A stretch of 64,000 bases of DNA, from assembly GCA_053919585.1 (NCBI GenBank), contig CM132791.1. The stretch is one strand, 5' to 3'. Below the pieces are notes generated by a model that made no database searches, was not told the origin of the DNA, and saw nothing but the letters and a program-made list of their open reading frames with translations. The position numbers were made by a program, and so were the translations under genes. Positions 1 through 13,348 of the stretch are shown here, one piece after another (positions within the stretch are counted from its first letter, which is position 1; the number at the start of each line of letters is the position of its first letter). This stretch comes from Euprymna scolopes (lineage: Eukaryota).

Positions 1-1534
1 TGCGTCATTCAATATTTTTGTCATATAAACAAAAATAATCATACACTTCAATCAAAGTAAACGGATATCATAACTGATATTTCCCCTCGAATTCTTATTC
101 ATTTATATTTTCTAATCATCATCAGCATCATCGTTTGTGCAAAATTTTAGGCAAACTATTACCATATAAAACAACATATGCGACAGAAATTAACAGTGTT
201 GTTATGGAAAAGGCGGTGATCGGTGACTTCAATTCATTTTATTTTCGTAACATTTCCAAGTTCAAACATTACAACATAAAACATCTCATTTAAGTCACTT
301 AAATTATTTGATAAATTGTACACATAACGGATTTTTCTTAATATATCTGCTACATCCATACACTTATCAGTTAACAAATGAGTAAGTATGCAGCATATGA
401 ACTGTGATGAATTATTTATAAACTTATTCTTAAAATAGACGTGAGTTTTTTATTGTAACTATTCTATACTTTAAGTTTACGTTTTCATAAAGAAAAACAC
501 CGTATGAAGTAAAATTTATCTTGAGTATCATATCTAAAAAATAGTACCGTTCGTATCATGCATAAGTACACTAACACTTATGCACCAATACTATCAGGAT
601 AAAGGGGCTGACATAATTATTTACTATAATAATTATTAAATACCTATATACACTAGTGTTTCATCCTTTCAGGANNNNNNNNNNNNNNNNNNNNNNNNNN
701 NNNNNNNNNNNNNNNNNNNNNNNNNNNNNNNNNNNNNNNNNNNNNNNNNNNNNNNNNNNNNNNNNNNNNNNNNNNNNNNNNNNNNNNNNNNNNNNNNNNN
801 NNNNNNNNCAAAATGATCCAAGATGGTAAAACAAAAGTATATTATAAATATTAAAGAATTAATATTTATAAAGTAATATCAACCAGATGTTAAAGCTCGA
901 TAAAACCAAATAGGAGATAGAGCAAATAGTTAATAAAACATGCTAAAAACACTTTGAAAAAGAGATGAAAACATATTTAATCTGAGAAGGAAACATACTC
1001 CACTTATTAAGTGCTTCCATTTAAGATTAAATGTTTTATCTCTTTTACAAAGTGTTTTTTTAACATATNNNNNNNNNNNNNNNNNNNNNNNNNNNNNNNN
1101 NNNNNNNNNNNNNNNNNNNNNNNNNNNNNNNNNNNNNNNNNNNNNNNNNNNNNNNNNNNNNNNNNNNNNNNNNNNNNNNNNNNNNNNNNNNNNNNNAAAT
1201 AATTTATTTGCTTCCAAGAATTTACGATAGCCTTGATATTATAGACGGATAATCAGTTGGGTCCAATGAAAAACTGTTTCGGAAACTGAAGCACACATAC
1301 GTAATTGAAATAAATACTTCCCTTCAAATTTCCGTATAGATTTTTTTAGTTCTTCGGGACACACGTGAAGAAGGTTTAAGTTTACATCGGCAAGAATTCT
1401 GCGAGAATAAAAAACTCCGATAGAAACAGTGATCGGAATAATCCAAATAATATCTTTGTAATTTAATACATCTACAAGAGATATAGCCTTGAAACAAAAT
1501 ACATTTTTATGAATGTATTTATACATCATCTATT

Positions 1535-1886
1535 AGTTTGGTTTGGATTGGTTTGGTTGGTTGTTTTACGGCATATTAACCCTTTTCTGGTTATTTAATG
1601 CCGAATCAAAAGATTTAAGAAAAATATTTTTAATAGAATATATTTGTTGTTTTCACGTCGGTTTCTATTTAACCCATAGTTGGGACCCTAACAGGTACTA
1701 CCACTCCGGGTCAGAGTGGACCTGGGAGCAATGATAATTAAAGAGTGGCTCCACACTCCCAAAAGTCCACTGGCTCGGACCTCACCACTGGATATAGTTT
1801 AAGGTCATATCCAGGACCCCATTGAGGGACTTTTACCCTCTGCAAGGGGGCAGTTGGCGTATTCTAATGCCCCACCGACACGGCCG
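1535..1886 (-). mobile_element. SINE-like interspersed retroposon with (CAAC/CAAAC)n 3' tail; 5' side abuts a gap
   Basis: Shares near-identical blocks with 10097-10320 (ctatttaacccatagttgggaccctaacaggtactaccactccgggtcagagtggacctgggagcaatga). It has a simple-repeat tail (ttggtttgg on +). Degenerate tail-only copies lie near 2755 and 3340. Confidence 0.7.
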
Positions 1887-3016
1887 NNNNNNNNNNNNNN
1901 NNNNNNNNNNNNNNNNNNNNNNNNNNNNNNNNNNNNNNNNNNNNNNNNNNNNNNNNNNNNNNNNNNNNNNNNNNNNNNNNNNNNNNNNNNNNNNNNNNNN
2001 NNNNNNNNNNNNNNNNNNNNNNNNNNNNNNNAGGAAAGAGAAGGAAAAGCTTTGATCTGTATTAGGTGTACATATACTAGATGACCATCGGCTCATAATT
2101 ACCTTTAAGTATAATTTCAAAAACATATATAAATTGTTATTTTGAAATCAATTTGTATGCAGATATTTGTATTGAACTTCTAAACTATTTTCGTGCCATT
2201 TATAATTAAAGCTATCCTCATGTGTATACGCACGAGCGTCCATAAGAGATGATACGACATTGTTATGGAGTTTTATTCTCTATTTTATTTTTCATAACCA
2301 TTTATGAAATGAAAATCAGATAATGTTAATTACCTCCCTTTGTGCCACTAACTTCCTGTCTTGTTTAACCAAATGGAAAATCAATGACGGTAAATCACAA
2401 GACTGTTTTGTGGCAGGCACAATATGACTTTCCAACCATAAATCTTTTTGTGAAAAGTCGTTTCACCAAAGAATTTGTGTTCAATAATTCAGAAGAGTAT
2501 GATTAATTTTGACTCGACAATAGTGGAACAAATTTGAACATAAACAAAATTTACATCTTCGAAAAAACAAAATTAAGTAAACTATAAGACAGCGCTAGGG
2601 ATATTTCATTCATTTGAGACTTATTAAGACAGAGATTTAATCATATCGTAATGTACGCGCTTTTCAGTGTGATTTCAGGATCTTTATTTTTGACATATTG
2701 TTTTATCAATGCTCAGTATTGGCTGTGCGCCATGTGATGCTCTGGGGTTACTCACTTGCTTGTTTTGTTTTACGGTATATCAAGCTTTTTCAGATTATTT
2801 CATAACCAATCTGATTATTTTTGTAAACTTTTTTATATTAAAGTTGTGTATACCTTTAAATATGTATTCATAATGTTTTGTTTAGTTGTTTTGTTTCAAA
2901 GCATATCAATAATTTTGGATAAAGTGTTTATGTATCAAGTTGCTAAACTCTTAATATATTTACTCATGGCATAAAGATAATTTTTCTGGACAAACAAAAA
3001 GACGCTGGTTCTATGA

Positions 3017-3250
3017 GCCTGGCCTGGCCTGGTCTGGTGGCTTGAAGTCCTGTAGGTGGGCCTGTGTTCACTGCCCGGCACCACTGAGATCGATTGTTAT
3101 CATGAAAAATTTGGACCAACTGCCAGAATTTACGCTGGTGCAGATGGACATTCCCCCAATTGCCGAATTCATGTGGGTTGATTATGCAGGGATGTCCTTG
3201 CGTAAACCCAATAAAACACCACCGGGAAATATTTTTAGGTTCATTCTATA
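3017..3250 (-). mobile_element. Degraded 3' end of an RTE-like LINE
   Basis: Minus-strand translation DNNRSQWCRAV resembles the RTE C-terminal xxRxxWRxxV motif and is followed by a (CCAGG)n tail. Confidence 0.45.
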
Positions 3251-3906
3251 GCGTCAATTTGCGTCTTATACTGTCAATAAGCTCAGTGATGTCCTTGTCT
3301 AGATCTGTTTTTTTTTTTTTGTTTGATGTGCTTATCTAGTTTGGTTGTTTTGTTTCTCGGCATATTAATCATTTTCGAGTTATTTTCCTGAATTTGATAA
3401 CCAAAATACGTTTCACGTTCTTAATACCTTCATGTATTTATTCCTAGCGCTTAGTTTGGTTGATTTGTATAGGAAATTATTGTTTATAATTTTGGTTTTG
3501 AGAACATGATAAATTGTCCTAAATAATAACAGAAAAAAAGCAACATCGGCGTTTGTTGTATCTAAACCAGTGCACTGACATCTACAAACAGTTTGATATT
3601 GTAGTAGAGCAAGTGATACTCAGAGAAAAGGTCTTGGATCGTATTCTTCCTAAACTTTAGTAACATTCATAGTGCTAGGTTATATAACGAAAAATTTAAA
3701 TATGGTTGATGTACCCCTATTTTGCAGGCTTATAGTCACCGCCTCGTCGCATTCCCCTCTGTATATCAATCCAAATGGTACACTATTATTTACACTATAA
3801 GTGGATCAAGGCTACATGGCTTTGTACCTTTTACAAATAGTATTTTAGAAGAGTGTTATATATGCAAGACCTTGGAAAAATGAAATCTTTCTCATTTTTA
3901 TTAAAT

Positions 3907-3950
3907 GTGCGTTATACTCGTTGAACTATAGTTCAACGGGTATAACGCAC
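3907..3950. repeat. 44-bp near-perfect palindrome
   Basis: GTGCGTTATACTCGTTGAAC-TATA-GTTCAACGGGTATAACGCAC, 19/20 arm match. Confidence 0.95.
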
Positions 3951-4967
3951 CATTACGCAAAATTCCGTAAATTTCTAAATTTTCTCATAGTCAATGAAGG
4001 TTAAAATTAAGAGTTTTATGAAATTAAAATGACTGCATGGATTTTTATCAACATTGAATAAAGGATCTCCCGGTAAGACTTAGTAGCATATATATTGTCT
4101 ACCAGAAGTTGCACAGCATATACTTTTTGTGCTTCGTATTTAATTGGTTGTGAGTAGGAAAATTAACAATACATGAAAGAGTTAAATTGTTTTTTCTTAT
4201 GTTTTGAAGAGATGGTGCAGCTCTGCAGCTGAATAATTCAACTGCATTCATCCTGAACGAGAAACAAAACAAAAAAATATTGTGCCACACCATTGTCTTT
4301 CATTGAATAAACAGTTCGAAGAATTTTATGAACGGAAGAGGGCAACTAATAACAAAGCATCAACTATGGTTTCGGATAATGTTGTGAGAAGCCCCATTAA
4401 ATCAGTAAGAAAAATAACTATGCCATTAAAAATCATTAGTACATCGTATTCATAAAATAAAATGAATTTTAACAGGTAAACACTGAAACTTTCAACAGAT
4501 TTAAAGGGATTTGACGCATGTATCAATGGGGGGAATTTGGAAAATCTGTTATGATTATTATGAATAAAAATGACATTCATATGCATTTTCATAAAAAAAT
4601 CCTTATGATACACGACTACTGGGACACCCTGTATATCTTAGAATTTTTTGCGATTGGAAATAAATGTAATGCAATTGTCATTTTTAAATCACTCCTCAAT
4701 ACCATTAGCTAAACACTTTACTGTGTACTCCTTCCAACGATACATTTCTATAAAATGAAAAAAAAGTTATACACAATCTTTGAAAAAGACTATTCATTTC
4801 CAAATTTCAACTATTGCAATAGAATTACTTTATTTATATAAAAAATACATATTAATAGTGTGTGTCTATTTTTAATTCCTAAACAATATACTTTACAACT
4901 TGTTTTGTTCAGTTATTTAACATGCAGAATACCTATATTTGGAGGAGTATTATGTTGGCAAATCTTA

Positions 4968-5459
4968 CAAGAGCTGTTCAAGAAGTAATGCATCCTATTA
5001 TTTTAACTCAAATAAAAGTTGAAGAGTTGCTAAGACGAGAATGGTACTATTAAAACAAGCGACTTTCTGAGCTCTATAATTAAGTATTTTACATAGTCAC
5101 AACATTTCTCAATACAGATCTCACACCGATAGTGTGATTGCTGTGCATAGGCGTCCGGAACGCTCTTTGTTCTACTTCTGTTGCTACTCTGAAATCATCG
5201 AACACATATTCTAACTGTGCTGGCATCAACTGCATTGGCTTCGTAAACGTTAAATAAACGCCGATGAATGGGGAGCAGTTCAATGTTCCATGCGTGGAGA
5301 AATGCAATGATGTGTATTTGCTTCTGATGTTCGTCCATTACGGGGAGGGTGTGCTTTCCTAGAGTCTAATACCGTAAATATCTTCAGCAGTTCGCAATCC
5401 CTTTGATCCATTTTTGTGGTACTTAAAAAAGGAGCGAGTTACATTTGGAACGTCTTTCG
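4968..5459 (-). mobile_element. Internally deleted mariner transposon with transposase N-terminal remnant
   Basis: TA-flanked degenerate TIRs (caagagctgttcaagaagtaa / rc cgaaagacgttccaaatgtaa). Minus-strand translation from 5338 gives MDEHQKQIHIIAFLH...IHRRLFNVYEANAVDASTVRICVR*F...RSGR, a mariner HTH region. Confidence 0.8.
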
Positions 5460-6899
5460 TAATTATGCAACAAATTAACACAGTATATAACATTTTGTAT
5501 CATTGCAATCTGCCCCTCAATTTTCAAATACGTATTTATTTGCATATTCTAGTACGTAATACAATCTTTATATTTGAAAATAACTTAGTGATTTACTGTT
5601 ATTTAATTACTTTAAATTAAATATACTTTAATGACCTTATCATCAGTAAATTAATTATCATTATCCAAGTATATATTCATAAATGTTTCTTAGAAAAAAT
5701 GGTGGAAAGGAAAGAAAATTAAAATTGGCTACAACCTACGCTTATACATAACAGGCATGGCATTATTATACTTAATTTCATGCGCACATTTGCATATGAA
5801 TTGCATTAAAGACAAATAAAAACTAAACAGTTTATGTATTCCATGTTCTGCTTGCTAGGTTTGATCAGAATGTATACTGACATGAGCAAGAACTTTCCAT
5901 TAATTTTTGGTTTTGTTACATAATTAAGTTGATTTAAACTTAAATATGATCATATGTTAAGGTTGTCACATCAGCGTTTGGGCGGTTTCCCATGCTTTTA
6001 CTGTTCTCATATAATCTATACTTGGCCAATCTTAGATAAACCAATTTCAAACCTTTTGAAATGCCTAAATAGTTCTAAAACCTTGCTTTTGATTGCTGGA
6101 GGGACTGATATCATCGTTTTTTATGTGTATCTTCAATAGTGGGTGTATGATTTTCGACTTTCGTTATGTGTGTTTGAAATGGTTCTATTTTCAGTAGCAA
6201 TGCGAATGTCCAACGTATGCATTCCAGACCATAAAATACAACTGAGTTTATGTAAATATTATGAATTCGAGTTTTGATGTAATATGATACTCTACTTACA
6301 ATCGATCCACACAGCAACCTTGTTTCCACTATCAACAGTACAAAATTGTAAAGTATTGTTCAATAAGTACATTTTGCATACTTTGATAACAAACTCTCCT
6401 CCCTTATTGATGAAAAAGTACCTGGTAAACACTGAATAGATAAATGACGTGAAGCCTTAGATACAAAAAAAAATCAATGATTTATCGGTCGTAGAATACG
6501 CTTAAATATGATATTTTAATTCATAAAAATCACATATTAAAAGCCATGACTTAGTCAGTCTACGCAATACATAGTAGTGATATCAAAAGGTAAAAAATAT
6601 GACTTGTGTACCATCAGCTAGAATCAAAACTAAATCATGTCTTAGCATCTCTGCAACACCCATACGCATACAAACAGTTGTAAATAATGCTTTTGAATTT
6701 ATGAACGTGAACTTATGCATGTAAACATGCTTTGTCGACTACTCCTGCCATATTACACTTTTCTTTACTTTAACCCCTTTACATCAGTGTTTGCTATCTT
6801 AAACCAGATAAAACGTTTGCTGATTGTCCAAATACCCTGCATATCAAATTTTAACTCTTTTGCTCAAATATACAGAGAGCAATTTTGTAGAAACGTTCA

Positions 6900-6904
<5 letters not shown>

Positions 6905-6981
<77 letters not shown>
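6905..6981. repeat. (TA)n microsatellite
   Basis: Pure AT dinucleotide run. Confidence 0.98.
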
Positions 6982-6985
<4 letters not shown>

Positions 6986-7047
6986 TTTCTAACACAGTAA
7001 AACAACGCCGGAGTCCACAAGACCCATGAAAGCCGAAAAATTCGAAA

Positions 7048-7092
7048 ATCCTAGACTCGAGTTTCACCCTCATTTGCGCTCATCAAAATCTC
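7048..7092 (-). ncRNA. Degenerate type I hammerhead ribozyme relic in a short repeat beside (TA)n
   Basis: Minus strand reads UUGAUGA-GCGCAAAUGAGGGU-GAA-ACUCGAGU-C: near-consensus core, palindromic stem III and a GUC triplet. C3 and stems I and II are damaged. Confidence 0.55.
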
Positions 7093-8679
7093 TACTTGTG
7101 AGACATCGAGTCGGGTTATTATTGGTTGGATGAGATGACCCCAACACGTTTTTTAGCAACACAAAGTATATCCCTTAATTCATTGTTTATTATTCCTTTA
7201 ACTTAAGTTATTTCTAACTAAAACGGCTAATTCTACATTCCTTAAATCGTATTTAAATAGCAACATGTATTCTTTTTTAACTTTTGATCATTACGTCCGA
7301 TCTCAGCATTCTCCTTTACTAAATATTATTTTCAATCCTAATTACGCCATTTTTCTAAATACCGCATGCTGCCCCATTCAATATATAACATACCAATACT
7401 TATGCTATAGTGATACTGTTTAAACTTTGATTTAATTCTACATTCATTACGAAAGGGAATTACATATTAACAAATATTTTGCAAACCTGATTATTAAAGT
7501 GTTCGGACATTTAGTAATATTTAGAAAACAATAGGCCATGTTATGCTGTCATTGAAGAAATGCTGCAACAATAGTGATGCAATATTTTGACGAATCTTCT
7601 TATAGCAATATGCCATAAGAACGAACAAACAAGATGCCTAAGGTACTTTATAAATTCTAGTGAATACTTTGAATTCTTCCAGGGATAAATTTTCATCTCG
7701 ACACGAGAAATCAACTGCCTTCTGCTGGAAAGTCCTCTCTAACTCTATTGATACTGCCACTTCGGTTTTACTACGGACTACTACATTTTTCTATTTCAAG
7801 AATAGCTTTAAACATAAGATTTGTTTCACAAATCTTAATAATCAGAAAACGGTTCTTGCGTTCTTGCTTGCTTGAATCTTTCTTCGACAACCAAGCGATT
7901 CCATATTTTATAAAACGTGTGCCAAGTGCATNNNNNNNNNNNNNNNNNNNNNNNNNNNNNNNNNNNNNNNNNNNNNNNNNNNNNNNNNNNNNNNNNNNNN
8001 NNNNNNNNNNNNNNNNNNNNNNNNNNNNNNNNNNNNNNNNNNNNNNNNNNNNNNNNNNNNNNNNNNNNNNNNNNNNNNNNNNNNNNNNNNNNNNNNNNNN
8101 NNNNNNNNNNNNNNNNNNNNNNNNNNNNNNCGATGAGTTAAACACAGAATTGACATAATGATTACATGGGTATTTTTACGCAAAGAAACACGATCTCTTA
8201 ACTGTTTATGTCAACGTATTAAAAAAAATAAACGGTAAGATAGTCAACATCTTGAAATTTCGAATATAAAATTTTGCCATCATGTGTATATGCTCTGTAG
8301 TTACATTGAGTGTCAAAGATTAAAGGACTGTTATAAATAAAGGGCTAAATATAATTCAATAATTATATATATATATATATATGCATATATATATGCATAT
8401 ATATATATATATACATTGGTTTTTATTATTCATAAAACAAAATTATATTATATGTACACGTGTAGGGTTTTATAAAAGTAAAAGCAGAATAAATAATAAT
8501 AATGAAAATATTTTTTTACTTTTCAATTATATCATTTTGTTTAATTTCATTTCAAGAGTTATTTCAGTAATATGTTTGCGGTTATTGTTCACATTGTGTC
8601 AAGATTTTCCGAATTTGACAAAATGTCTCATGTCGAATGGTAACAATTTCTTGATGAATAGCAGCTTTTCATTGTAAAA

Positions 8680-9022
8680 TTTTTAGACCCTGGCATCTTA
8701 CGCATATGAACAAATGAGGAAGTAACCAACTGCAATGATAACTCTTTTGGACCCTATGAAAATCTATCAGTCGCTGTAAAACGGCGCTAATTTCCGTGGT
8801 GTGGTCATGAAACTAGATCAACAGGACTTGCTAAAACAATAAGTAAAAGGTAGAAGAAGGTGTGGAAGGGAAAAGAGGAGATCGGTGAATAATATCAAGA
8901 ATTGGGCGGGCCTAAAAATAAGCAGCACCATAATAATAGGACAAAACAGACGGGGGTTGAGGAGCTGTTGAGACGTTCTGCAGAGCCTGCGGCCATACAG
9001 ACTACAGGGTTCGATAGATAGA
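8680..9022 (+). mobile_element. 5'-truncated RTE-clade LINE, decayed
   Basis: Frameshifted translation TNEEV...GPYENL...VKRR...GH.TRSTGLAKTI...KGRRRCGREKRRSVNNIKNWAGL matches the RTE C-terminus. It ends in a short GATA repeat. Confidence 0.8.
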
Positions 9023-10096
9023 ACGCATATGGTTTGTCTAAAACAAAATAAAGATACAATCACACCATATGTATATTTAAACAGCAAAATTAGTTTGTTC
9101 ATTATAAATTATAATTATCTATTAATAAACACGAAAAATGTATCGGATAATTTTTCTCGACCCTGCAAGAAATAAAATAAAAATACACCAACATTCTGAT
9201 TTGTTTAACTGTTGTAAACATCAGGAATGCTCCCCTGGTATAAAACTTTCTGATGCAATGTGTGGGCATGCAATTTTCTTCTGTGTGGGTTTATTTTTCA
9301 CAATCGTGCAATGGAGAAAATCTTGGCAGATTTAGATATTCTAAGAGTTTTGATTGATCTCTTTTGTTCTCGTGTTATTAGAGTTGTCATCTTCTAAGCA
9401 ACATTTGGCAGTTGAGTTGGTTTTGATGAATTTCTTCTTTCTCACAGAATTCCAGTTGAATTGATTACAGCTTCGCATAACGGAAATAAGAACGTCAGTG
9501 ATGCAAATGATTGTGCAGAAGTTAGAGGATGCAATACTGATGATCACTTTGAAAGTATGTTTTTGAACGGCGAAGTTTGACAAGTGTAGGTGGTTTCAAA
9601 ATGAACTATACCTCAGCCCACATCATAATCGACACTTGATTATTTTCTATTGCTCTTCGTTTTGTATATTTTTGTAAAAATGTGGCATCATTTACCAATG
9701 CCAAAAAGCCAAAAAAAATGAAGATTAAGGAGGCTATCAACTGATTAACAAGAGTATATTTTTTAGATAGCTTGTTAACTGCTGGCTGAGATATGGATCA
9801 TTTAAGTTCTAGGATGTCTAAGTTGCAAGCCGTTCTTTGTTGATCTAACCAAGGCCACTCCTCGGTGACCGATCGTAAAATACGCATAAATATTGTTTTG
9901 ATTAATTCAGATTTGTCATTTATTTTTCTAGAGCCAATTCTTAATTAATTATTATCCAATGTATAGTAATAATTTAAACAGCTATATAAATGTGAACTTT
10001 GGTACCATTCCCTAGTATCGAAACCAAAACGTTTAGTATTCCGATCTTAGTTGTTATTTATGTCTCCAGCGGACTTAGTGTCTTTAATTAGCGACA

Positions 10097-10320
10097 GTTG
10101 GTTGGTTGGTTGGTTGTTTTTGTTTTACGGAATATCAACCCTTTTGGGGCCATTTAATGCCGAATCCAGTGATTTTGAAAAAAAATGTTTTTATTAGAAT
10201 ATGTTTGGTTTTTTTTCTTCAAGTCAGTTTCTATTTACCCCATAGTTGGAACCCTAACAGGTACTACCACTCCGGTCAGAGTGGACCTGGGAGCAATGAC
10301 AATTAAGGGGTAGCTCCACA
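10097..10320 (-). mobile_element. Truncated copy of the SINE-like family at 1535-1886
   Basis: (GTTG)n tail plus the same conserved body blocks. Confidence 0.75.
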
Positions 10321-10971
10321 TTTTGTGCATGCGTAAAAGTAACAGCAGGAATAATGTTTTATTCAACTTACTAATCCAAGGTCAACTGTCCCCCCCTTAG
10401 CAGCATATTTTTTCGGTTTAAAACCAAATCAAAAATGTGCTACAGATTCACATACACTATATATCCAGTTTTAACTCTACAGACAAAATACAAATATTAC
10501 ACAGCCGCTGCACTGAACATTGTCCTTCTTCCGTTTCTATACGTTCTGTTTCCTTTTTTCTATATTTTAATTTTCATTTTCTTTTCATTTTATCCATCCT
10601 CCATATCTTGTAAAGTCCTGACCTTCTCTTTTCGCTTATTGCTTTCCGTAGTTTTGAGTCTAAGGTGTAATTTAACCACACCTTCTCCCGTTTTAATTCA
10701 GCGTCTTATTTTTATAAATAAAAAGAATGAATTTCATTTCTTCTCTTTGATGACCAGATGCCTTCATTGACACATAAGCTATATTACGTCGCCTGACGAA
10801 TACATTTGATTCTTGCCAACCAATTGTCCTAACCATCAATGTGTTCAGTGAAGCGATTATGTAATATATGTGTGTATATATAAATATTAAAGTTTGCCCT
10901 TTTTCTTGAGCACTATTAATAACCTCGTTTTAAATCCTGAGTTTTCCCTCTTTCATACCCTTAACTTAGAT

Positions 10972-10974
<3 letters not shown>

Positions 10975-11044
<70 letters not shown>
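10975..11044. repeat. (TA)n(TG)n compound microsatellite
   Basis: Direct inspection. Confidence 0.97.
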
Positions 11045-11046
<2 letters not shown>

Positions 11047-11659
11047 TTATCTGCTAGAAAGTTTTCATGTTAGATCCTTTGCGATTATGCAGAATGTAGA
11101 AACAATGTATAAATAGAATTCAGCGACATAGTTTAATTAAACAATTATCTAATAAGAAGCAGTATAACATGAATGAGTCATTTATTATCGCTGTTTTTTT
11201 TTCTAAAAAGATTATGAAATGGGTTTGTTTCGATAATTAATGGGCTTGAATTTATACAAATAAAGATTAACGAAAAAAGAGAAGCTATCTAAACAGATTA
11301 AAAAGGTTAAAGTTACACTATAAAATAGCGTGGAGTTTAGTCAGAATTAAATAGTCATATAAATGATTAGAAAAAGGTGTGTTTGATTATAATACAATAT
11401 GAATAATTAGATATAATGCGATGGACGATTAATTAGATATAGTGCGATAAAAGATGAGGAAGGTAGGGGCAATTTATGATGTGTAGGTTGATAGTTGTTA
11501 TTTCTTTTCGTAGAAATAAGATTAAATGGTTAGGGTGATAATGTTAAACTGTACAATTTATAGACTGAGATCGAAAAGAGTTTCTACCCCTCTGTATCAA
11601 AAGAACTTTGTGATGAAGATTTAGAATTTTCATCGTTTCTCCTAGATATTTAGCATAAT

Positions 11660-12050
11660 CCCAGTCAGCAATAGAGTATCGATATACTGTATGATGGAGA
11701 GGTACATCTGAGGAGTTATTACATTTTATTTTAACTTATACAACAGAGTGGTGGGAAGCTTCAAGTTTGTGACAGAACGGAAGCTGAATACAGTTCAGAG
11801 AAAGTTGTGAGAAAAAAGGTCTAGGAGACTTGCATACTGGCCGTCAGTATCGGGCACACGGGTTGGTTCGTGAACAATCTTAATGAGGTCATAAGCAATG
11901 CAGAAATCATAACAGAACCTCCCGTCATCATCGGTCTTTTTTGAGTGAGTTATACATTTCACATTGTGAACATTAAATTCTCAACAGATATGAATATTAG
12001 CTGAAGGATAAGCAGATAGGACGTGGTCAATTTTCAACATAAATTCTTTA
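11660..12050 (+). repeat. Unclassified dispersed repeat, second copy at 52265-52615
   Basis: Shared blocks include tctaggagacttgcatactgg.cgtcagtatcgggca and cacattgtgaacattaaa. Confidence 0.8.
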
Positions 12051-12770
12051 ATAAAATACCATAACAATCAGTTAAATTCTTTAATAAAAATACCATAAAA
12101 TTCAGTTTGAGCTGCAGTGAAAGAATAATTAAAAACATAATAATAGAATACTTAAAAAAATAATAATGATCAGAAAAATAACAATAATACAAGAAATTGT
12201 AAGTACATGACTAAATAAGGATCCGCAATTAAATAACTATGTCGACAGACAGAATACTTTACAAAGATTTAATCGTCTCTTTATAAAACCCGATAAAAGA
12301 TACTACATCGGTCTTGCTGGACTTCATTTAAATACCTTTTTATAGTTCATAAATTCTCTTTTAATAACCACACCCACCCTACCGAAACCTTATTTACAAG
12401 ACATTAATTAAGCTACATCCAAAATAATCCTACACTTACAATTAACTGGCCAATTCTTTAAAATCTAGTACTGGTAAATCCTTAAACTCTCCCTGTTTCC
12501 TTTGCCTATGCAGAAAATTTGCATTATTAATTTTAAATTTAAACGTCAATTATTTGTAAACACTATAAATCCACCTTCCTCAGCAACTTCACACTCTACA
12601 AAAGGTAATCTACTATAATCCCCTAAATCTAGTAATTGTACAATTTAACATCATCACCCAACCTAATTTTACTTATTACTACACACAAATAATTACAACC
12701 ATCAATTTATCCCCATGAATTGCTCCTACCTCCCTCCTCTTTTATATCGCCGTATATCTAATTATTCATA

Positions 12771-13348
12771 ATGATTGCAACGTTTTTTTCAGACGACTGC
12801 CACTCCCTCAGACACTTAAAGTCCATGAACCCAAAAATGACTTCTATTGCCACAGGACCATTTCAATAGATAAATGCCTGAGGGTCTAGCTATACACAGA
12901 TGATTAGCTTTGTACGACAGCGAAGTCTTCATCTCTCTCTGGGTTTTAAATGTTTAGATCCAGCAAGAAGCAAGAGCAAGATGGCCAGCAACAAGTTAAA
13001 CTGTAGACCAGCTTAATGCGGGTAGTGGCCTCCCGCTTTATGTTTTTTTGTTAATTAGAAATTTGCTTCTCCTAGAAAAGTTGCCTTCACCACGGCTTAC
13101 GGGAGCCCTCTCCACCCCAACACACATACAAATACACACAGACGCACACAGTGCTAGTTGGCCGTTTACCCCGAAAATGAGCTCATTCGCCCTTTGGAAG
13201 GTTTTGTTTTTAATCCTTCAGGGAGACTAGCCACCCTCCTCATGAAACAAGTCTGGTGGGGGAACCAGTTTAGTCGCCGGTGACCCGACCATGAGGCAAG
13301 TAGTACTGTGTTACATGGTACCAGCAGCATATGACATGACCTGACATA
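12771..13348 (-). mobile_element. 578-bp retroposon insertion with a 13-bp target-site duplication, probably RTE-related and non-autonomous
   Basis: CTAATTATTCATA occurs at 12758-12770 and 13349-13361. Removing the insert restores collinearity with the left inverted arm. ggcaacttttctaggagaag on - resembles RTE 5'UTR motifs. Confidence 0.75.

Noticed and set aside
6821-6832. miR-219-like 12-mer TGATTGTCCAAA
   Set aside because: The match stops at 12 nt and no hairpin is evident.
13262-13325. HDV-like ribozyme fold
   Set aside because: P1 is imperfect and the P3/L3 spacing and sequence do not fit the HDV consensus.
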